The notes beneath the pieces were generated by a model. The model did not search any database. It was not told the DNA's origin and saw nothing but the letters and a program-made list of their open reading frames with translations. Positions 55,152 through 62,785 of a DNA stretch of 64,000 bases are shown piece by piece (within the stretch, counting starts at the first letter, position 1; each line of letters starts with the position of its first letter). The position numbers and the translations under genes were made by a program. Source of the stretch: an uncultured Eubacteriales bacterium (lineage in GTDB: Bacteria > Bacillota > Clostridia > RGIG6154); the NCBI GenBank assembly GCA_964568815.1, contig CAZMRY010000001.1:14055-78054 (forward strand). The letters run 5' to 3'.

Positions 55152-57896
55152 CTAATATTTCTTATAATTTCCAGTCTTATATCTCTTTTCAATGCCAAGC
55201 ACTCCCATTCCCTGAGAAGGCTCATTGTTTCTTACCATAAACTGCAGGGTTGAATATTTCTTAACCTTAGTATTAAGCGGAATAATTGTTGCAACATCTC
55301 TTGTGTTAAAAGATATAAGCGAAAAATCAAGGTCCGAAAAGTCAAGCATACCTGCTTTTGCAGTTTTTACAGGCTCTTTCTTTTCTTCCTTGTCTGTTAT
55401 TACATAAATCTCTGCAGATGAACGGGTATAAGGCTTAATCATAATACCGCAACCCCTTTTAACCATAGTCTTTAAAACCATAAAAGAGCCGTCATCATCA
55501 GCCTTAGTAGTAAACCATGCGTCAATTGGAACAGGCTTGTTATCTTTGTGCAATGTTTCATCATCGTCATCGTCGTTTTCATCAGTCTGAACTCCTAATA
55601 CTTGGTTGGTATACTCATTTGATATACTAACATCGTTATACTTTGACACATCTTTTATATCAGAATTGAATTTTGCTATAAAGCTTCCTTTTCCCGAAAC
55701 AGAATTATGATAAAAATACAACTCATCATTTATCAAAAAGAAATCAGTTGCCGGTATATTATCCCAAAAAGAAGCCTCATAATAATATGTTTTATAATAC
55801 CCTGCACCAATATCATCTGTATAAGTTTTTTGATTAATATTAAGTACATAAGCATGGTTATTTAATGCAATAATAATGTAATTTTTCCATCGGCACATTG
55901 CTGCATTTTCTTTTTTCTCTTCTGTTTCAAATTTATGATTTATAAATCCGCTCCTGTTTGCAACATTTCTTTCTTGTGATATAGAAATTGTTTGCAAAGC
56001 AAAAACTCCGTTGCTCGCAAGGAAAAGAGGTTCATCATCTGCATACGCAAACCCTTTGTTTGAAATTGCACCTACTCCCTGTATTCCTGATCTTACTTTA
56101 AACACGGTACCATCTTCAGCAACCTCACCTTTCACAAGAAAAATGTTGGTATCATCAGCAGTTTTTTCCTTCAAAGCTACAAGATAATCCTGAAACTTCA
56201 AAAAGCCAACAACTGCCGTATTATCATAACCTACTGTTATATAATTTAAGTCCGGAATATATAAAGGGTTTTGAAATTCCGAATACCAGACATAGTTCTT
56301 GTATTCATCATTTCCTGTCAGGAATATTCTGTCTTCTTCGGTTACGCCATATTTCGTAATGGTTTTACATTTTCTTATTTTGCTATATTTTTCCTCGAAG
56401 GATTCATCAGAAACTGTATATGTAACACGCACATTGTTTGTTATACCATCTGCAACATAAAGTGAGGGTATTCTTACACTGTTATAAAGCATGCCTCCAC
56501 TTTGTGCCTCGTAATAAAATATTTCATTTACAATTGCACATTTGTTTCCTTCGAATTCATCAATGTATATTTTGGTAGAAAGATTTGTAACACCTTCATA
56601 CAAATAATACCCCCCGCCTGTATATTTCATCATATCAGGAGCAATTGTATTAAAAAAGTAATCTGTTATATCAGTCCATTCATCAGGACCTGTAAGCATT
56701 TCAAGCTTTAAAAGTTTTGAGGCATCATTACTTGATAATGTCAGATAGTTTATTGCACTTCCGCTTCTTGTTGATATCTGCGTACCTCCCATCGCTGAAG
56801 GACCTACTGCAAATTCATCACATCTGACATTGCTTAACAAATTGATTTTTTCATTCTGTATACCTACATCTTCATATCGCACGCTTTTAGTATATTCCCA
56901 ATTCGCATTACCCTCATATTTGCAGAAAACATAATTTCTTTGAGTTGTAACAATTGGTGCATATGCCTTTGTACCTTTACATTCGTACACGCCTTTACCG
57001 TCGTACACAAAATATCCTGCAGAGTTCAAAATATATATTTTGCCATCATAAGAAACCATTTTAGACTCTCCACTCAAGAACTCTTTCTGCTTCGTTGTCT
57101 CTTCGTCCTGAAATTCAATTTTATAGAAGTTTTGATTGCCATTTTCCTCTATGCGTTTATAAAGTGTAACAACTATATCATCTCCGCTTGCTGTTGTTTC
57201 ATAATAATAAACTGTAGACCGACTCATCCCGGTAGCTTTTACCTTGTTAAAGTTAAGAAAATAAGCACCATATAGATATTTTTTTTCATCTTGAAAATAC
57301 ATTTCAGTACTTACGCTATTTGTTGTTATGCTATATGTCGGTTCAGTTTTCAGAACGAGCTTTTGTTTTCTTATAGTCATTGTCGCTCTATCCACACGAT
57401 AAAACTTCCCATCAACGGCTTCTCTTATTCCATTCACCAAAATCCCTCTGCTCCAATAAATAGGAGAAAGCAATTCTACAAACTCAAAATAATCATATGT
57501 CACAGTTTCTGCGCCTGCGAAAGTTATAGTAAACTTTTTATCTATATCAGATGGGTAACAGTATATTTGTTCTAAAACATATGGTTTTTCTGCCGTTTTG
57601 TCTTCCTTATACCTGTATAACTCTCTGCCTATCTGCAGTATTGTTTCTTTTCGATTATTAACATATCCTGTGCATATTCCTTCGACAGGTTCATCTATGT
57701 TTATAAGCTTGCGCCAGCCTATTCTTTTTTCAGGAAAGCCTGTTCCCTCTATAATTATGTTCTGTGCATCAGGAAACCTTGTTCTTTCGCAGGTTGTATC
57801 TTCTGCCCGATAATCCACCCCTTTAAAGTCATTATATCTTGTTGTATAAACAGCAGGTGCTGCAGGCACTGAAAATTTTCTTGCCATCAGTACCAC
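55152..57896 (-). CDS. phage structural protein (914 aa), possibly tail/adaptor
   Basis: Large ORF between the capsid-proximal genes and the tail fibre. No enzymatic motif recognised. Confidence 0.45.
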   Translation of the reverse strand: MVLMARKFSVPAAPAVYTTRYNDFKGVDYRAEDTTCERTRFPDAQNIIIEGTGFPEKRIGWRKLINIDEPVEGICTGYVNNRKETILQIGRELYRYKEDKTAEKPYVLEQIYCYPSDIDKKFTITFAGAETVTYDYFEFVELLSPIYWSRGILVNGIREAVDGKFYRVDRATMTIRKQKLVLKTEPTYSITTNSVSTEMYFQDEKKYLYGAYFLNFNKVKATGMSRSTVYYYETTASGDDIVVTLYKRIEENGNQNFYKIEFQDEETTKQKEFLSGESKMVSYDGKIYILNSAGYFVYDGKGVYECKGTKAYAPIVTTQRNYVFCKYEGNANWEYTKSVRYEDVGIQNEKINLLSNVRCDEFAVGPSAMGGTQISTRSGSAINYLTLSSNDASKLLKLEMLTGPDEWTDITDYFFNTIAPDMMKYTGGGYYLYEGVTNLSTKIYIDEFEGNKCAIVNEIFYYEAQSGGMLYNSVRIPSLYVADGITNNVRVTYTVSDESFEEKYSKIRKCKTITKYGVTEEDRIFLTGNDEYKNYVWYSEFQNPLYIPDLNYITVGYDNTAVVGFLKFQDYLVALKEKTADDTNIFLVKGEVAEDGTVFKVRSGIQGVGAISNKGFAYADDEPLFLASNGVFALQTISISQERNVANRSGFINHKFETEEKKENAAMCRWKNYIIIALNNHAYVLNINQKTYTDDIGAGYYKTYYYEASFWDNIPATDFFLINDELYFYHNSVSGKGSFIAKFNSDIKDVSKYNDVSISNEYTNQVLGVQTDENDDDDDETLHKDNKPVPIDAWFTTKADDDGSFMVLKTMVKRGCGIMIKPYTRSSAEIYVITDKEEKKEPVKTAKAGMLDFSDLDFSLISFNTRDVATIIPLNTKVKKYSTLQFMVRNNEPSQGMGVLGIEKRYKTGNYKKY

Positions 57897-58531
57897 CCCC
57901 TGCTTGATTCAAAGGTCTGTCCCGTTGAGCCACCTTTATTCGTGTAATGTTCTGCAAGTGCCTCTTTCTTCGCCTCGTAAAGATTAAGATATGATGTTGC
58001 AATAGACGCATCATCTTCTAAATACAGCCTGTATGCCATATAGTAGACAAGCGCAGAAAGAATTGCATCTTCAATATCAAGCTCCGTTGTAGTCTCAGTA
58101 TCTTCATCAACTATAATCGGCTTAACCTTAACTGCAACTGCAAAATCACCGTCACCTTCAAAGGTGATAACATCTTTCAAGAGATAGTCAAAAAGTATTG
58201 TCTTTTTATATCTGCTTTTTGAAGCATCATATTTAAAAACATCATCCGTTGTGCATATGTATCGGTTTTCCAGCCCTTCAGCTTTTTGCTTTTCGCTAAA
58301 ATTCTCTTTGATTTGGTACATCCCGCCTGCAACCGCTCCTGATATAAGCACAAATTCTCTCAGGTCAACTACAGTAGAATATAAATCATCAATTCCTGAG
58401 TTAAATGCGTGATGCATATTAAAGATATATTCCTTAACAGATGCGTCCGTAAGTCCAACCTTTGTATCTCCGGTGTTGTTTGAGAACATAAGCCCCAGCA
58501 CTTCATCATACACACTTCTCAAAGTCTTCAT
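57887..58531 (-). CDS. hypothetical phage structural protein (214 aa)
   Basis: Overlaps the downstream gene by 10 nt. Confidence 0.4.
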   Translation of the reverse strand: MKTLRSVYDEVLGLMFSNNTGDTKVGLTDASVKEYIFNMHHAFNSGIDDLYSTVVDLREFVLISGAVAGGMYQIKENFSEKQKAEGLENRYICTTDDVFKYDASKSRYKKTILFDYLLKDVITFEGDGDFAVAVKVKPIIVDEDTETTTELDIEDAILSALVYYMAYRLYLEDDASIATSYLNLYEAKKEALAEHYTNKGGSTGQTFESSRGWY

Positions 58532-58558
58532 CTAATCTCTCCTTTCTTCCAAAAAAGG

Positions 58559-58584
58559 GCGAAACACTTCGCCCTCTTTCTTAT
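58559..58584 (-). terminator. rho-independent terminator after the putative major capsid gene
   Basis: agggcgaa(acac)ttcgccct is an 8-bp perfect stem. On the minus strand it is followed by TTTTTT. Confidence 0.65.
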
Positions 58585-58594
58585 GTATTATTTA

Positions 58595-59605
58595 TCAAAG
58601 TGTTGTAGCTGCATCAGCTGACATACCACCGATAGCAAACGCTCTCCAGTCTTTAAAACCGCCTGAATATCTTTCTCTGCCCTTCCAGAGGTTATTGTCA
58701 TTTGTCTCATCAATAGAAGATTTAACACTGAGAGGAATTCTCTCATTTGCAATCGCACCATACGCATCTTTATTGTAATTTGAATCCATAACAATGAATG
58801 GTAATGGGTTATTAGAATTTACGATATACTGATTTAAGTATGACCAAATAATAATTTTCCATTTACCAAACTGATAGCTCATGGCATTGCTTCCTGCTTC
58901 GCTGATAGATTTTTCTGAGGCAACAGCAGCAAATGCAGCTTTTTTAGCATCAGCAACATTAGGTATAATAATTGTATCAGGTGTAATATCAAGAAGGTTG
59001 CCGTTATCGTCAACAAAATTCTGCATTGCAGTTTCAATCTTGCCGAGACCGTCTTCATCAAGACTGTTTGCAAACTTGTTTGACTGCTTAATCTTCTTAT
59101 CAACCTTTGCAATATGCTCCTTGTTAAAGAGTGAAACGCCGTCCTCTGAAGTAACATCATAATCCTTGCCAGCAAATTTTACAGTGCTTCCATAAGCTGA
59201 ACCGCCAAGGAGTGCTGCGAAGAACTTTTCTCTTGTTCTCTTTGAAGACTTTATGAGATTTTTTCCCAAGCCTTTCATATCAAGTATTTTGTTATCTTCA
59301 ACCATTTCCTGTGTTACAGGAAAACTGTTCTTCCATGTGTGAGGAAGTATGATTTTTTTATAACCTTCCTCAAAACCCGTCAACGGATATGCACCTGCTT
59401 CACCAACATCTTTAAAATCTCCGATAGCGGTTGTCCCTGTAAGAGCCAACGCAAAACCATCAGAATCAACTGTATTAAATATTTCTTTTGCAACGGAAAT
59501 TCTGTCCATTGCTTCTGCTGTTTCCTGCATTACCATAGCAATTGGTTCTGCACAATTGCCATATATAGATGCAGTAACCGCAGGGTCAATTTTAACTAAA
59601 CTCAT
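58595..59605 (-). CDS. putative major capsid protein
   Basis: 336 aa, positioned directly after the scaffold and small head gene and followed by a strong terminator, the typical major-capsid-protein context. No motif-level proof. Confidence 0.45.
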   Translation of the reverse strand: MSLVKIDPAVTASIYGNCAEPIAMVMQETAEAMDRISVAKEIFNTVDSDGFALALTGTTAIGDFKDVGEAGAYPLTGFEEGYKKIILPHTWKNSFPVTQEMVEDNKILDMKGLGKNLIKSSKRTREKFFAALLGGSAYGSTVKFAGKDYDVTSEDGVSLFNKEHIAKVDKKIKQSNKFANSLDEDGLGKIETAMQNFVDDNGNLLDITPDTIIIPNVADAKKAAFAAVASEKSISEAGSNAMSYQFGKWKIIIWSYLNQYIVNSNNPLPFIVMDSNYNKDAYGAIANERIPLSVKSSIDETNDNNLWKGRERYSGGFKDWRAFAIGGMSADAATTL

Positions 59606-59616
59606 AATATTCCTCC

Positions 59617-60006
59617 TTAAATTCTAACTTCTACTCTGCCGTTTTCCCCACTTTCAAGTATCGCTACAATTTCTGCACCATAATTGGTTGCTTTATTTGC
59701 TGTAACATTGATACCGTCTTCGGCAAACTTTAATCTGTCTCCCACATTAACAGCTGAAGTATCTGCACATTCACATTCATACACTTCTGTATCAGATACT
59801 CTTGCACATCTTATATAACCGCCTGCAACACCTGTTTTTGTTTCATAAGCAACATAAACAGCCTGCACATCACCAACAGCTTTAATTGCCGCTCCGTCCG
59901 ATAATGTAAGAGCCATTCCCCTTTCGTATTCAATTCCGTCTTTCATTGGAACATCCATTAAAGTGACAGTACTTCCCTTGTCACATCTGACTTTTTTCAT
60001 TTTCAT
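59617..60006 (-). CDS. small phage head protein (129 aa)
   Basis: Lies between the scaffold and capsid genes. Confidence 0.4.
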   Translation of the reverse strand: MKMKKVRCDKGSTVTLMDVPMKDGIEYERGMALTLSDGAAIKAVGDVQAVYVAYETKTGVAGGYIRCARVSDTEVYECECADTSAVNVGDRLKFAEDGINVTANKATNYGAEIVAILESGENGRVEVRI

Positions 60007-60025
60007 CTTCCTTTCTGTATTTGCT

Positions 60026-60790
60026 TTATTCCTTTTTCATCTTCTCATAATGAGCCTGATATTCTGCATCGGTCTTTCCGGGCATAAATTTTTTATACAT
60101 TGCAAGTGTTTCTCCTGGAATTGTTATTCCTGAAGAACCTGTTCCACTCTTATTTCCGTTTAAGTGGTCCTTTGAATTCATCTGATTAAGCGTTGACTGC
60201 TTTGCCTTTGATTCACGGGAAGCTATAATCGAATCTAAATTTGCAAGTTTAAATGCTTCAGATAAGGTCTTACCGCCGTTTTCGTATATCCTTCTCATTT
60301 CCTCAAAGGTATCAAGCTTCATAACATCATCAAAGCTCTTGATACTTGGGTCAATGGCTTTAATGATTTCAACTTCATCATTAAATGCTTTTTCAGATGC
60401 CTTCATTTCATTGTTTTTGATAATTTCCTGAGCTTTTTTAACATCAGGATTGTTTTTAACTATGTCATTAATAACTCCGAGAGCATCTTCAGCTCCCGTA
60501 CCAAACACCTCTTCAATTCTGGCGTTCAGTTTTGATGCATCCTCTTTTTCAAGTGATGCCTTGAAATCATCAACATTTTTGAAACCTCTTTTTTCGGCTA
60601 CACCTTTCCAGAAATCGTTTTCAGCTTTAAGCCTTGCTTCCGACTCTCTTCTTGCTGCAGCAAATCTGCTGTTATCAGCATCAGTCTGTGTGCCTTTTTC
60701 AGGTTCGGCGACCCCCTGACCGTTTCCGCCTTCAGTTCCAACAGGTTCAGCGACTTCCTGCCCTTTTACGCTTGTGTTTTCTTTTTCCAT
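60026..60790 (-). CDS. putative phage scaffolding protein
   Basis: 254 aa, acidic and alpha-helical/coiled-coil with a Gly-rich N-terminus, upstream of the capsid gene. SD GAAAGGAGAAAGTT. Confidence 0.5.
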   Translation of the reverse strand: MEKENTSVKGQEVAEPVGTEGGNGQGVAEPEKGTQTDADNSRFAAARRESEARLKAENDFWKGVAEKRGFKNVDDFKASLEKEDASKLNARIEEVFGTGAEDALGVINDIVKNNPDVKKAQEIIKNNEMKASEKAFNDEVEIIKAIDPSIKSFDDVMKLDTFEEMRRIYENGGKTLSEAFKLANLDSIIASRESKAKQSTLNQMNSKDHLNGNKSGTGSSGITIPGETLAMYKKFMPGKTDAEYQAHYEKMKKE

Positions 60791-60904
60791 AACTTTCTCC
60801 TTTCGATTTTTGCGCTATTCGTGCGAATTTGGTTTGTTGATTGTTCCTTCATCTTAGCCTTCGCCTTGAGGAGAAGGTGTCACCGCAGGTGACGGATGAG
60901 GTGG

Positions 60905-61024
60905 CTACTTTCCCGTTCTTAAGTCCTTGCCCTTTTTAACTTTGGGCTTGGCACCTGCCTTAGGCGGATTAATAGCATTTATAACGCCGTTACCGCTGTT
61001 TAAAGGCTTCATTCTTCTTGCCAT
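60905..61024 (-). CDS. small basic protein (39 aa), missing from the ORF track
   Basis: Minus-strand reading MARRMKPLNSGNGVINAINPPKAGAKPKVKKGKDLRTGK. It is preceded by AAAGGAGAG with a 7-nt spacer and flanked on both sides by palindromic repeat elements. Confidence 0.4.
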   Translation of the reverse strand: MARRMKPLNSGNGVINAINPPKAGAKPKVKKGKDLRTGK

Positions 61025-61293
61025 AAACAACTCTCCTTTCTAAATAATTCCTAACAGCCTTCCCCTCGAGGGGAAGGTGTTGAGCGAAGCGAAACGGATG
61101 AGGTGTCAACTCCTCACTCCAACCTTCTAACTGAATTTTACCGAAAATACCCTATCAGTTATCGCAGACTTTTGTAACAACTTTCACTTGTATTCGCATT
61201 GCTTACCAATGCTCATTATCGCTTGGTTGTTCCTCTTTCACAAAACCCACATTCTTGCCTTTTGTGCGGCTTCGTTTCACTCGCATATCAAAT

Positions 61294-61319
61294 AAAAAAA
61301 AGAAGCCCCACAGGACTTC
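61294..61319 (-). terminator. terminator after the SecB-like gene
   Basis: Minus strand gaagtcc(tgtg)gggcttc followed by T8. Confidence 0.5.
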
Positions 61320-61359
61320 CAAGATAACAAAGAGCACCCTTTCGGATGCTCCACAATTA

Positions 61360-61764
61360 TTATTTATCAACATTTTCTTTCAAAAGATTATTTATATTAA
61401 GAGGTGGAATAACCAATGGTGTAATACCGGGTTGAGTCGTTAATAAAGAAATCTGACTTCTTACATAAGGGAACATTATAGCAACTGTATTCACCTTTAA
61501 TATATCATCATTTTCATGACCACTTTCATTATTATACTCAAACACCCCAACCGTAGTCAAAGACAATTTATAAGTACCGCCTTCTTCGTTTATGTCTGTT
61601 TTTATTTGCACTTTATGCATATTTTTATTTTCTTCATTTGCAAAATAATCAACTTTAAATGATGTTGTCAGTTTCTTATCACCACTTTTCCTCTTTTGGA
61701 AAAATTCAAACTGTTCGTGATATAAATCTTTAATTTTCAATTGTGCTACTATATTTTTACTCAT
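61360..61764 (-). CDS. SecB-like chaperone (third component of a toxin-antitoxin-chaperone module)
   Basis: VAIMFPYVRSQISLLTTQPGITPLVIPPLNINNLL aligns with E. coli SecB [33 protein letters not shown]. The N-terminal IVAQLKIKDLYHEQFEF matches FQIQRIYTKDISFE. 134 aa. Confidence 0.75.
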   Translation of the reverse strand: MSKNIVAQLKIKDLYHEQFEFFQKRKSGDKKLTTSFKVDYFANEENKNMHKVQIKTDINEEGGTYKLSLTTVGVFEYNNESGHENDDILKVNTVAIMFPYVRSQISLLTTQPGITPLVIPPLNINNLLKENVDK

Positions 61765-62162
61765 ACCGTTCCTCCCGCATAGTTATAATTTACTTCTCCG
61801 AATTCTTTAACTAAAGACATCGACATGCTGATTTCAATACTAAAGTTTTCTGTCGCAATTTGTTTAAATTCGATCTGCCTTTCTCCACGTTCATATCTTT
61901 TAACCGAATATACTTTCTCTATTAAATCCGGATTTTCATACAACAACGCCAATAACACTTTTGCACAACTATTAACATTATTTCTGCCTTGTTCCCATTT
62001 TTCAACCGCCTTTTTAGTAACGCCAAGCATATTCGCAAGAGCAGTTTGTGTAAAATCAAAGTTTGCTCTAAATTTTTTTATAAACTCTCCATCTACAGCA
62101 CCAACATCCAATGTTTTTATTTCAACGTGTTTGGCATTCATCAATTTTTTAATATCAATCAT
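61761..62162 (-). CDS. HigA-like XRE-family antitoxin with a C-terminal extension (putative chaperone-addiction region)
   Basis: HTH FDFTQTALANMLGVTKKAVEKWEQGRNNVN followed by a ~50-aa tail. It overlaps the secB-like start by 4 nt. Confidence 0.65.
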   Translation of the reverse strand: MIDIKKLMNAKHVEIKTLDVGAVDGEFIKKFRANFDFTQTALANMLGVTKKAVEKWEQGRNNVNSCAKVLLALLYENPDLIEKVYSVKRYERGERQIEFKQIATENFSIEISMSMSLVKEFGEVNYNYAGGTV

Positions 62163-62192
62163 TTTTTCTCCTCCATCGCTTTCATAATAACA

Positions 62193-62615
62193 TTATTTAC
62201 CGATACTTTCATAATATTCATCTACTATCTTTCTTAATGAATTTTTTTCTTTGTGCGAAAGATTATCCTTTTTAGCATGAGTGTACACATGTAATATGAA
62301 TGCACAATTATTATATTTGTCAACAATTACTATGCATCTATATCCATTTGACTTACCTACATTTCTTTTTTCATCACCACACCTTATTTTGGCATATCCT
62401 ACAAAAAGTTTTGTTCCTATTTTGTATAATAATGCACATTCATTTCTACCAAAGCCGTGCATAATTTCTTCACCAACTGCCGTTTCTATCTTTTTAATTT
62501 GCGTTTCCGTTAAATCTCTTATATCATTTTTTAAATTATATGGTGATGTTTTAAATACTTCTTCTATTACTTCTGCATCACAAGAAACTACTATATTATT
62601 CAAAAATAACACCAC
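62193..62615 (-). CDS. HigB/RelE-superfamily toxin (COG4679 / Gp49-like 'phage-related protein' family)
   Basis: VGKSNGYRCIVIVDKYNNCAFILHVYTHAKKDNLSHKEKNSLRKIV matches the GKSGGYRVI...LLHVYxK...L signature of HigB-like toxins. It lies upstream of its HTH antitoxin (the hig gene order). Confidence 0.65.
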   Translation of the reverse strand: MVLFLNNIVVSCDAEVIEEVFKTSPYNLKNDIRDLTETQIKKIETAVGEEIMHGFGRNECALLYKIGTKLFVGYAKIRCGDEKRNVGKSNGYRCIVIVDKYNNCAFILHVYTHAKKDNLSHKEKNSLRKIVDEYYESIGK

Positions 62616-62785
62616 TCCATTCTCACCCTATTTAATAGGGCAAGATTATGATAACACACTTTTTTCATTTTGTAAAGACTTTTTTCACAGTATTCAGCAT
62701 CTACATTATACTATTCTTACAACTGACAAACAATGACATAAAAAAATAGAAGTGAGAATAACTCCTCACTCCTAACTTCTGACTC

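Noticed and set aside
52381-57813. Plus-strand ORFs inside the tail-fibre and 914-aa structural genes (e.g. 54511-55068, 54836-55048, 56940-57575)
   Set aside because: Antisense or alternate frames of long minus-strand structural genes, with no SD and Cys/Phe/Ile-rich translations.
58588-59175. ORFs 58588-58794 (-), 58879-59175 (-) and 58881-59162 (+) inside the putative capsid gene
   Set aside because: Alternate frames of the 336-aa capsid ORF, Leu/Arg-rich and without an SD.
61255-61443. Plus-strand 62-aa ORF spanning the secB-like terminator region
   Set aside because: It crosses the poly-A/hairpin terminator, overlaps the 3' end of the SecB-like gene antisense, and has no SD.
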